DNA of 64,000 nucleotides, taken from positions 163,308,001 through 163,372,000 of the forward strand of contig NC_058369.1 of NCBI RefSeq assembly GCF_018350175.1. Direction: 5' to 3'. Below are positions 50,289 through 64,000 of this stretch, piece after piece (within the stretch, counting starts at the first letter, position 1; each line of letters starts with the position of its first letter). The DNA comes from Felis catus. Taxonomy: Eukaryota. Below the pieces are notes generated by a model. The model did not search any database, was not told the DNA's origin, and was given only the letters and a program-made list of their open reading frames with translations. Both the position numbers and the translations under genes were made by a program.

Positions 50289-50886
50289 GGAATATTACTC
50301 AGCCATAAAAAGAATGAAATCTTGGGGCGCCTGGGTGGTTCAGTCGGTTGAGCCTCCGACTTCGGCTCAGGTCATGATCTCACGGTTCGTGAGTGCGAGC
50401 CCCGCGTCGGGCTCTGTGCTGACAGCTCAGAGCCTGGAGCCTGCTTCCGATTCTGTGTCTCCCTCTCTCTGACCCTCCCCCATTTACGCTCTGTCTCAAA
50501 AATAAATAAACATTAAAAAAAATTAAAAAAAGAATGAAATCTTGCCATTTGCAACAACATGGATGGAGCTAGAGGATATAATGTTAACTGAAGCAAGTAA
50601 GTCAGAGAAAGACACAGCATAGCACATGATTTCACTCGTGTGGAATTTGAGAAACAAATGATCAAAGAAAAAAAAAGAGACAAACAAAAAACAGACTCAA
50701 CTACAGAGAACAAACTGATGGTATTCAGAGGGGAGAGGGGTGCAGGGGTGAGTGAAATAGGTGATGGAGATTAAGAGTACACTTATAATGAGTACTGAGT
50801 AACGTATACAATTGTTAAATCACTATTTTGCACACCTGAGACTCATATAACAATAAATGTTAGTTATACTGGAATTAAAAATAAAA
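49290..50886 (+). mobile_element. L1 LINE, ORF2 3' end and 3' UTR (decayed), containing a Can-SINE at ~50333-50530, inside a MER33-like element
   Basis: L1 hallmarks (AAATGGTGTTGGGAAAA, CAAATCAAAACCACAATG, GGTGCAGCCACTCTGGAAAACAGTATGG, TTTGCAACAACATGGATGG). SINE TSD AAAAAGAATGAAATCTT. MER33-like flanks ~49180-49285 and ~50905-51090. Confidence 0.9.
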
Positions 50887-51334
50887 CCAGAAAGATTGCA
50901 TGTGAAAACAAATGTAAAATATCTCAATTTGTTATATTGATTACAGGTTGAAATAATATTTTGATCTATTTAATAATATATATTATTAAAATTAATGTCA
51001 CTTCTTTTTGCTTTTTTAAAAGTGACTGCTAGAAAATTCAAAACTACATATACGGTTCACATTATATTTCCGTTGGACAACACTGGTCTGGAATCTGTAT
51101 TTTCCAGCTTCAAGGTGAGCATCCCTACTCTGCTTCCCAGAGTCTATTCTAACAAATCATTCACTTACCATCTATTAAGTGTCAGTTGTTCAGGGGAGAT
51201 CAAATTGCGGACTACTTGAGGAGAAAACTGAAAACAGTAAAGGATAACAAATGCTGGTAACTCCTATTTTATGTATTTCCTAGAATGGTGGTCCTTAACT
51301 CTACCAGCCCCAATGTTGCCTTTTAATAGCAAAC

Positions 51335-52406
51335 TTTTTTTTAAAAAGTTTTTATTTATTTATGTTGAGAGGAAGGGAAAGAGAGAGAGTGTGTGTGGGA
51401 GGGACAGAGAGACAGAGGGGGAGAGAGCATCTCAAGCAGGCTGCTCACTGTCAGCACAGAGCCTGATGAGGGGTTCGAACCCATAAACAGAGATCATGAC
51501 CTGAGCCGAAACCAAGAGTCCGACGCTAAACTGACTGAGCCGCCCAGGTGCTTCACCATAACGGAAGAAAGAAAAGGAAATCCTTTCCAATAATTGTTAT
51601 TTCAGTATGCTAGAAAACATAGTCATATATTTGTACCTGTACATAGGATCACCTTGAATGTGACAGTACAAATGCAGACAGAACACCATGAGTGATGTTA
51701 CTGTGATATAGTTCTCCAAAACTGTAACTTTTTAAAAACATTTTTTAATGTTTTATTTATTTTTGAAAGTGGGGGGAGGGGCAGAGAGAGGGAGACACAG
51801 AATCGGAAGCAGGCTCCAGGCTCTGAGCTGTCAGCACAGAGCCCAACGTGGAGCTCAAGCTGACCAGCCTGGAGCTCAGGACCTGAGCTGAAGTCGGATG
51901 CTTAAGGAACTGAACCACCCAGGCGCCCCTCCAAAATAGTAACGCTTAGTAAATTTCTGAATGAAACAAAGTACTAGCTTCTATTTACGTGATAGTTACA
52001 TTGCTTGAAAATTCAGCACGTTACAACCCTGCAAAATCACTTTGTTTCTAATATAAAACACAGGCTCAAGGATTAATTATAACTTTTTTTTTTTTTTCAC
52101 TTACATGAATCTTTAGAAGGACATTTGAAAGCTGTGTGGGACAGATGAGTCATGCATGACACTGCCCTACAACGTGCAGCATATCTAGCACTCTTTTTTT
52201 TTTTAATTTTTAAAGTTTTTATTTATTTTTGAGAAAGAGAGTGAGCAGGGGAGGGGCAGAGAGAGAGGAAGACACAGAATCTGAAGCAGACTCCAAGCTC
52301 TGAGCTGTCAGCACAGAGCCCCATGTGGGGCTCGAACTCACGAGCCCTGAGATCATGACCTGAGCCCAAGTCAGAGACTCAACCAACTGAGCCACCCAGG
52401 TGCCCC
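51335..52406 (-). mobile_element. Three minus-strand Can-SINEs (~51335-51551, 51730-51929, 52194-52406)
   Basis: Each has polyT, (GA)n and a reversed tRNA-derived head. Confidence 0.88.
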
Positions 52407-52899
52407 TGGGATACCTAGCATTCTTGGCTCCCCAACCCCCCCCCCCCCCCCCCCCCGCCAAATCATATGACAAGATTGTCCCCGTCCACCTGCAAATTGC
52501 CTATTAGGAATGTTCCATCCTGGTTGGGAACCCGCGGTGGTCCTTTGAAGGCCTTGCCTGCCCTACGGCCTCCCCTGGCGCTGGCCTCCCCAGTTCTTCT
52601 CTAGGGTACTAGCTTTCCTCTTTCAGCGCCTGTGCGCTCTGCTCTTTGCCCAGAAAACTCTCCACTTTTTGTCTGGGTAACACACTGACTCTTTGGACCT
52701 CAGCGTTCCCGAACTCCCAGTCTAATTTAATTCCTTTTGTCAGGCTTTTCCACTGGGCTCTACTTTCTGCAATGGTACCTGTGCCAGGTTGAGATTTGTA
52801 CCGAAGCGCCTATTTTCGGTACGACAGTGTGTGTGTCATGCCGGTCTCAACTCTCAGCTCCCTGAGGGCAGGGACCACGCCCACCTCTCCACCGCTGGT

Positions 52900-53720
52900 T
52901 CGCTCCGTACTTACAACGACGGCCTGCAACTTAGTAGGCAGACAACAAACATTTCTGTAACAACGGGGAGAAGTCGAGGAGGAGGCAGGGGCGCGCCCAT
53001 GGAGGAGGAGGAGGGCATTTTTTCCCCCAAGGCAGGTAACAGTGGAGGTTGAAGACGTGGGGCACCTTCCAGGCCACTCGTATCAGCGTCCGTAGAACGC
53101 ACGCTAGCTCTTGGGGGCGGGTGCCTGGCCGGGCGGACACGTCACCCGCACCGCGGCTGCGCACTGCGAGGAGTGGGGCGGGGAGACCACCGAGACTGCG
53201 GAGGCGGAGCGAGCGACCGGATGCGGTCACCATAGAGACCGGGACTGACGGCGAGCGGAAGAGGAAGGCGCGGGCCGGGCTGTGAGGTGGCAGCGGCTGC
53301 AGCGGCGGAGCCGGCGCCTCGGTTGGGCACTGGGGTTTGTTCCCCCTTCCCCGCCCTTCCCCCTGCGGGGGCCACAGGGGCGCCGCTTCCGAGGACAGGA
53401 GCAGGTCCCACTCCCGCGCCCTCGTCCCTGCTCCCCCCAGGACGGTCCTGGCCGCGTGGACCACACCTGGGCCGCCTTTACCGGTCCTCCGCCTCCCCCC
53501 CGGCCCTGCTGCAGGGCCTCCCCCGTCGGGCCTCGGGGTGTGCCTGCTCTCCTTCGTCCGCTGGCGCAGGCAGGGCCTTTGCCCCGCCGACGGGCCTGGT
53601 AACGGGGTCTTTGCCCTCCGTTCCCAGCCGCGAACCTGCATTGCCTCCGCCGGAACAAACCCAGCCGAGTCCCCCAGCCCCTCCTCGACAGTTCCGTGAC
53701 GCAGCCGGTTTTATTTCTGT
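52900..53720. promoter_or_regulatory. CHPF2 CpG-island promoter
   Basis: CpG-rich; GC boxes, TGACGTGTC (53136-53144, -), RFX X-box-like GTCACCATAGAGAC (53226-53239), ETS-like CGGAAG. Confidence 0.7.
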
Positions 53721-54809
53721 TTGGAGACTAACAGCTAAAACTCGCTTTGGGCCTTCTTTCCAGGGCTGGAGCTGGTCTCTGATCGCTGAGAAGCAGATAG
53801 AGCAGGGGGTCTGGTCCTTGGCAGAGGTCACTTCCCAAGCCGGCCGAGCCTCCGTTTGCTTTTGCAGGAGCCGTGTGTTGTCTCTAGCTTCTCGCCTCCC
53901 CACTTTGGTTTGGCTTGGGGCCCTGGGGCCCTGGTAAAACCAGACACCGAATTGCTCTTACACAGCCAGAGTCACCGTCATTTGCTCGTCGTCTCTTCAC
54001 AGAGGAAGGTGGGCAGCACCAGCCTCTCAGCAGCTAGGATTCAGAGAAGGATGCCCTGCAAAATGGCTCTATCAGCCATTGTGCTCCTCTGAGAGGCTCT
54101 CGGTGCTGATTCACCGTATCTGTCCACCTCACTTGGGTGGGCAGAACTGTGCACCATGCCAGTGGCTCCTGACCACTCCCAACTGGGAGGAGGGGTTACT
54201 CTAGCTGTGTGTTTCCGTAATGCTCAGGAGTAGGGTAGGGAGAGGCCCTCAACCCTTCCCTTGGGCTCGCCTTCAATAGCTAGTCGGCACCCCCTTTGGT
54301 ACATTGAGTGAGCAACGTGCCCCCAGCCAGGGGCCCTTTGACAAAGGCCTACCGACGCAGGCTGTTGGAGTTGGGGCTGTTATTTTGATGGAGCATGCCC
54401 TTGGCCCCAGCCCCTTCTTTACTCGCTTCTGCTGTCTCCACTTAGATCCGGTCTACAGATGCATGTAGTCCTTCTTTCTGGGTTAGATTTGGCAGGATTG
54501 AGTTTTGTTTCCTCGTCATTCTGGAAGACAGACCATAAGCACATTAGTGGGTGAAATCGACTCTAATACTTACTGCCATTTAGACGAAGGGTTAAATCCG
54601 GCACCTTGAGGACTGAAGCCCAGGCATATGCTTCCTGGGGATGCTGGGCCTGGCAGCAGGCCTGGCAACCTTGCTGTGTCATTGACCTCATTGACCCCAG
54701 GCTTCCTGGATAAAACCATAGGCCTACTACTGGCCCGACACCCATCAACCTACTGATTGATCCTTGAGGCGGTCCCCTCTGGGGCATGCACGTGGCAGGG
54801 CCTGCCACC

Positions 54810-57800
54810 ATGCGCCTGAGTTCCCTGTTGGCTCTGCTGCGACCAGCGCTGCCCCTCATCCTCGGGCTGTCTCTGGGGTGCAGCCTGAGCCTCTTGCGGG
54901 TTTCCTGGATCCAGGGTGAGGGAGAAGATCCCTGTGTAGAGGCCGTGGGGGAACCAGGAGTGCCACATAATCCAGACTCCAGAACTGGACTCGACCAAAG
55001 TGATGAAGACTTCAAACCCCGGATTGTCCCTTACTACAGGGATCCCAACAAGCCCTACAAGAAGGTGCTCAGGTGAGAGCTATGTGTGTACGTAGCCCCC
55101 AGACCCCACTTGAGCGCTGCTCTAAGTCCTTGTCTCTGCCTTCGCTGGTTAATCACTGTTAGGCTCCCAGAGCAATTGTTTGCCTTATTACCCATCATGA
55201 TTGTTTCTATTTTTCCCTTCTCAGGTCTAAGAAGGTCTCACTCATTGGTGTTAAGTTAGTGTTGGATGTTTTTTAAACGGGGCAGGAATCACGTCTAACC
55301 ATCTAATCCATCCTTAGACCCATCCCCAAATGAATTCCAGTGTCAGCGAACAATCACTGTAGTAGCTCATTAATGTTAGTGAGGAGGTGTCTCTCCTCTT
55401 TTCTCAACCCCAACCCACTCATTACTAGAGGGATGTGTATGCTGGGCAGACTGGGCTCCTAAAGATATAAGGAGTTGACCCCTGGCATGCTGGTCCCTCC
55501 GCAGGACTCGGTACATCCAGACGGAGCTGGGCTCTCGGGAGCGGTTGCTGGTGGCTGTCCTGACTTCCCGGGCCACCCTGTCCACTCTGGCTGTGGCCGT
55601 CAACCGCACGGTGGCCCACCACTTCCCTCGATTATTGTACTTCACGGGGCAGCGGGGGGCCCGGACTCCTGCGGGCATGCAGGTGGTATCTCACGGGGAC
55701 GNNNNNNNNNNNNNNNNNNNNNNNNNNNNNNNNNNNNNNNNNNNNNNNNNNNNNNNNNNNNNNNNNNNNNNNNNNNNNNNNNNNNNNNNNNNNNNNNNNN
55801 NNNNNNNNNNNNNNNNNNNNNNNNNNNNNNNNNNNNNNNNNNNNNNNNNNNNNNNNNNNNNNNNNNNNNNNNNGGAGTTTATCGGCGCCGGCGAGCAGGC
55901 TCGGTACTGCCATGGGGGCTTTGGCTACCTGTTGTCACGGAGTCTCCTGCTCCGATTGCGGCCACATCTGGATGGCTGCCGAGGAGACATTCTCAGTGCC
56001 CGTCCCGATGAGTGGCTCGGCCGCTGCCTCATCGACTCTCTAGGCATCGGCTGTGTCTCGCAGCACCAGGTGACAGCCCTTTCGAGTCAATCTTGGCCCC
56101 TGACAGTTGGTAGTGGCTGAGCGATTGGTCTCCGGGGTGGCTGCGGCTGGCTCCTTCCCAGCAGCACCTTGGGGTTTTGTCCTTCCTAGCCGCCGACCCT
56201 GGCTAGAACCCCGGGGCCATCAAAGGTGGCATCTTGCCGGGGACCCTCTGAGCAAGGTAGAAAGGTGCCCCTGCTCGCCAGCTCCTCCCATCGCCACCCC
56301 CCCCCCCCGCCCTTCGCCCCCTCCTCTGACACATGCACAGTCGTAAACGATCTGGGAATGTCCTAGAGATGGCCACTGTCACGGGGAGTACAGTAAACCA
56401 GAGTAGTGGGAGTCCTTGCTGGCTCATGCCTTTCGTTCCCTGGAAGCAGTGGGGTCCTTCTTTAATTGCCTACCTAACATTCTTTTTTCCCGAATCCAGT
56501 AGCAAGACTAAGGCCAAGTTTCAGGGAACACCGGAATGAGCTCCTGCTCTCCGTCATGATGGCGGCGGTAAAAAGCATGCATGCTGAGTTCGGTTAAGCG
56601 TGGTTGGGATGGGCAGCCCTCCGTGTGTGGCACTGATTGGTCTGATTGGTCCCTTTAGGGGCAGCAGTATCGTTCCTTTGAGCTGGCCAAAAATAGGGAC
56701 CCTGAGAAGGAGGGGAGCTCAGCTTTCCTGAGTGCCTTCGCAGTGCACCCTGTCTCCGAGGGAACCCTCATGTACAGGCTCCATAAACGCTTCAGCGCTC
56801 TGGAGCTGGAGCGGGCGTACAGCGAAATAGAGCAACTGCAGGTGAGCCCGGGCCCACGGCTGGAGGTCAGGGGGTGCTTCAGGCGTCCGGGGTCACAGTG
56901 AGCGGGCAGCTGAGTGAGAGGGGAGGCTGGCGGGGTGGAAGCGTGAAACAACTCCAAGGAGAAGAGACCCTCGGGGACCCAGGTCACTCGTGAGATAAGC
57001 CCCTGGTTCGACTTGGATGTGGTTAAAAGTGTTTGCAGGCGAACTATGAGGAGCAGGGCTCAGTATAGCACTTAGACACGATCACTTCAGCTTCTCTCCA
57101 GTTGTGCCTCTCCACCGGAGGAGCGGAAGCCCAGGAAGCCCTAAATCTCTAGCACTGTCCTTCAAAAGCCCAAGGGTAGATGTGGAAGAACCCTCCAGTT
57201 GATCGTGGGGAGTGGGGGGTGTCAGAGGTGGCATACAGGTGAAAGCCAAGGTTCTATTACGAAGAGGACGTACTCTGGGCCTGGAGAGAAAGGCTGCGAG
57301 CTTTAATCTCTGCAAAAGCACATTTCCCACCGCTTCCTTCTCACAGCAGCTGTGTAAGGTGCGTTATGATCCCTATGCTTTCTGCGTTTCACAGACAAGG
57401 ATGGAAAGAACGAGGAATTGAGCGGTTAGCCAAGGGGGCACCTCACTAAGTGTTGGCAGAGTCAGGACAGAGCTCCAAAGCCAGGACGCTGGAACCTGGC
57501 TGGGTTCTGACGACCTAGAGAGCACTAACTGTGCATCCCTCCCACCCTAGGCTCAGATCCAGAACCTGACCGTGCTGACCCCCGAGGGCGAGGCAGGGCT
57601 GAGCTGGCCCATCGGGCTCCCGGCCCCTTTCACCCCACACTCTCGATTTGAGGTGCTGGGCTGGGACTACTTCACGGAGCAGCATACCTTCTCCTGCGCA
57701 GATGGGTCCCCCAAGTGCCCGCTGCAGGGGGCGAGCAGGGCGGACGTGGGTGACGCCGTGGAGACGGCCCTGGAGCAGCTGAATCGGCGCTATCAGCCCC

Positions 57801-58858
57801 GCCTGCGCTTCCAGAAGCAGCGGCTGCTCAACGGGTACCGGCGCTTCGACCCGGCGCGGGGCATGGAGTACACCCTGGACCTGCTGCTGGAGGCCGTGAC
57901 GCAGCGCGGGCACCGGCGGGCCCTGGCCCGCAGGGTCAGCCTGCTGCGGCCCCTGAGCCGGGTGGAAATCCTGCCCATGCCCTACGTCACCGAGGCCACC
58001 CGCGTGCAGCTGGTGCTGCCACTCCCGGTGGCCGAAGCTGCCGCCGCCCTCGCTTTCCTCGAGGCCTTTGCAGCCAGTGTTCTGGAGCCGCGAGAGCACG
58101 CGCTGCTCACCCTGTTGCTGGTCTACGGACCTCGGGACGGTGGCCGGGGGGCCCCGGACCCATTTCTCGGGGTGAAGGCCGCGGCGGCCGAGTTAGAGCG
58201 GCGGCACCCCGGGACGAGGCTGGCCTGGCTTGCTGTGCGCGCGGAGGCCCCTTCCCAGGTGCGGCTCATGGACGTGGTCTCTAAGAAGCACCCCGTGGAC
58301 ACGCTTTTCTTCCTCACCACCGTGTGGACCAGGCCGGGGCCCGAAGTCCTCAACCGCTGCCGCATGAATGCTATCTCCGGCTGGCAGGCCTTCTTCCCAG
58401 TGCATTTCCAGGAGTTCAACCCTGCCCTGGCACCACAGAGATCTCCCGCGGGGCCCCCGGGGGCTGGCCCCGACCCCCCATCCCCTCCCGGTGCCGACCC
58501 TTCCCGGGGGGCTCCCGTAGGAGGCAGGTTTGACCGGCAGGCTTCCGCGGAGGGTTGCTTCTACAACGCCGACTACCTGGCGGCCCGAGNNNNNNNNNNN
58601 NNNNNNNNNNNNNNNNNNNNNNNNNNNNNNNNNNNNNNNNNNNNNNNNNNNNNNNNNNNNNNNNNNNNNNNNNNNNNNNNNNNNNNNNNNNNNNNNNNNN
58701 NNNNNNNNNNNNNNNNNNNNNNNNNNNNNNNNNNNNNNNNNNNNNNNNNNNNNGAGGAGCTCTATCACCGCTGCCGCCTCAGCAACCTGGAGGGGCTGGG
58801 GGGCCGCGCCCAGCTCGCCATGGCTCTGTTCGAGCAGGAGCAGGCCAACAGCACCTAG
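54810..58858 (+). CDS. CHPF2: Chondroitin polymerizing factor 2 (chondroitin sulfate glucuronyltransferase), 772 aa
   Basis: GCCACC ATG at 54810; exons 54810-55072, 55505-56069, 56659-56841, 57551-58858 (2319 nt; frame holds across two N runs). Signal-anchor MRLSSLLALLRPALPLILGLSLG; C-terminus FEQEQANST*. Confidence 0.96.
58590..58753 (+). ncRNA. MIR671: Inferred position of exonic MIR671 hairpin (sequence hidden by Ns)
   Basis: Not visible. In other mammals miR-671 lies in the CHPF2 last-exon codons between YLAAR and EELYHRC, which is the masked 164 nt. Synteny inference only. Confidence 0.45.
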
Positions 58859-58989
58859 CGCGCCCCGGGCCCGGCCCCTCCGTGGAGTTCCCCTCTCTGC
58901 CGCAGCCCCGGGAAGGGCAAGGCAAGATGGACGGACAGATGGAGAGCTTGTTGCTGTATTTTTTTTTTTTTTTTTAATAAGAAAACGTT

Positions 58990-58995
58990 ATTAAA
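58990..58995 (+). terminator. ATTAAA polyA signal of CHPF2
   Basis: ATTAAA ~130 nt after the stop, followed by GU/U-rich sequence. Confidence 0.6.
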
Positions 58996-59157
58996 AGTGT
59001 CTTCTGCCAAACTGTTTTTAGGTCTAGGGGAAATGGAGTCAGGAGGAGAATCTGAGGGAGGGGGTAGGGAGGCTTCCCAGAGGGACCCGCCGCCTTCCCC
59101 CTTGTCCTTCCTCCCCGGTTGCCAATGACACACGAGGCTGCTCTCAGATGCATGAGC

Positions 59158-59163
59158 TTTAAT
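59158..59163 (-). terminator. ATTAAA polyA signal of SMARCD3
   Basis: ATTAAA ~120 nt after the SMARCD3 TAG. Confidence 0.55.
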
Positions 59164-59283
59164 CATTCCCCTGCCTCACCCGGAAGGCGTCAGAGGGGCG
59201 ATGGCAGAGCCCGGGGGCGGGGCAGGCCCGGCCCAGAGGCCCTCAGCGGTGCTCCTGGTGCTCCTGCTCCTCCGCAGGGGCTC

Positions 59284-62627
<3,344 letters not shown>

Positions 62628-64000
62628 CTGGAAGAGAAGGAGCGAGGGGCTCAGCCAACCTTGGAGGCTGACCGTGCTTGTCACGCCGTCCCAGGGTATG
62701 AAGAGCAAAGAGCGTCGAGGAGAGCTGGCCAGGCTCAGGGCACGGAACTTTGAGAGTGCAAACGGGGACTTCTCCCCGGGACTGCACATCCAGTAGAAAG
62801 GACCTGGACATCTAAGCATAAAAAACGGCTTCTCCCTCTAGAGAGGTCCCTGCATTTCTTCACTAGGGGAGGCCAGAGCGGCCACGGAGCCCAGCCACTA
62901 GGGCCTCACCTCCTCATCCTGTCCCTTGTCACATGGCCTCTGGGCCTTCCTTGGGTGTCTGCAAAGTGGCTAGGACCCTGGGGTCCTTGGGACAGAGGAC
63001 GTGGCTGCTTGCCTCTGCCCTGGTGCCTCACCTTGTCACTCCACCTGGCGTCTCAACCATAACCCCCCACACCTAGCTTGGCTTGGGTTCACTTCTGATG
63101 CTTCCGCTCCCTCCACTCCTCTGCCAGCCTTTGGTCCCCTAGCTCTTGTGCCCTCTTTGTCCCACACCTTTATGTCCGCGGACCCGCTGGAATTCAGTCC
63201 ACTGCGCCCCCCGGGGCCCGGGACGCTGCCCCCCCTCTCCCCCCATGGCTCCGCCCCTTCCCTCCGCCCCCCCCCCTCTGGCCAGGGAGCCCCACTTCTT
63301 AATGAGCTTTTTAAACAAACAGTGGAAGTGACTGGGCCGCTGCAGCTCTGCTCCTGAGGGGGGAGGGGAAGCGGCCCAGGGTGGGGAGGGGGGCGGTGGG
63401 GGGAGAGGAGGCAGAGTGNNNNNNNNNNNNNNNNNNNNNNNNNNNNNNNNNNNNNNNNNNNNNNNNNNNNNNNNNNNNNNNNNNNNNNNNNNNNNNNNNN
63501 NNNNNNNNNNNNNNNNNNNNNNNNNNNNNNNNNNNNNNNNNNNNNNNNNNNNNNNNNNNNNNNNNNGCCACCTGCTAAATTATCCCGACATCTCCACCCG
63601 CCTAGCTGGGGTTCCCACAGCCCGCTTGTCCGCCCGCCCAAGGGGCGCCGGCAGTGGGTCTGGCATGGCGTTAAGTCCTCTTGCGGGGAGCAGATGCGGT
63701 CTCGTCCCTTCTCTAGCCTGGGAGCCCCTTTCCACCCCACCACACCCGCAGGCCAGAGAAATTTAGACTTAGGAGGGGTGGGGGTGGGGGAGCTGCAAAA
63801 GTGTTTGAGAAAAGCTAGAGAGGGGGAGGACAGAGGAGAGGGAGGAGGGATTCTGAGGACTTTCCCTTTCTGTGAAGCAGGGGTGCACAGTCCAAGGTGG
63901 CCTGAGCTCGGAGGGAGGGGACCCCCGACACGCTACCGCATCCCTGAAACAGGAGGTGAAGGCTGAGCTGGGGGGAGGGACTTGTACCCCTGGCACCCTG

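Noticed and set aside
52931-53937. Overlapping 100-236-aa ORFs
   Set aside because: Low-complexity G/P/R/A translations typical of a CpG-island promoter.

Overview
Mammalian genomic DNA, most likely a felid: it is dense in tRNA-derived Can-SINEs of the SINEC_Fc type. The gene order matches my recollection of human 7q36.1. Left to right: ASB10 (-, complete CDS, two alternative first exons), IQCA1L (-, 19 coding exons, intact 817-aa IQ/AAA protein), the intron-containing germline histone variant H2BK1/H2B.K (-, 122 aa), ABCF2 (-, ~624 aa), CHPF2 (+, 772 aa; the segment that hosts MIR671 in other mammals is hidden under Ns) and the 3' part of SMARCD3 (-). Exons were built by hand from splice signals and reading frame. 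Most notable: (1) the ABCF2 stop codon lies inside a GTGAGC splice donor that can join histone H2BK1 exon 2 in a second frame, giving ABCF2 the tail [12 protein letters not shown]; (2) H2B.K has an intron, a polyA signal, a short polyQ tail and an E-box-rich promoter; (3) IQCA1L has a GC-AG intron and degenerate Walker motifs; (4) the upstream ATG of the distal ASB10 first exon is 1 nt out of frame; (5) a decayed tRNA-Lys(TTT) sits in ABCF2 intron 2; (6) two inverted SINEs share overlapping target-site duplications. No clearly new gene system was found. Comparisons with human orthologues are from memory and need confirming by alignment.
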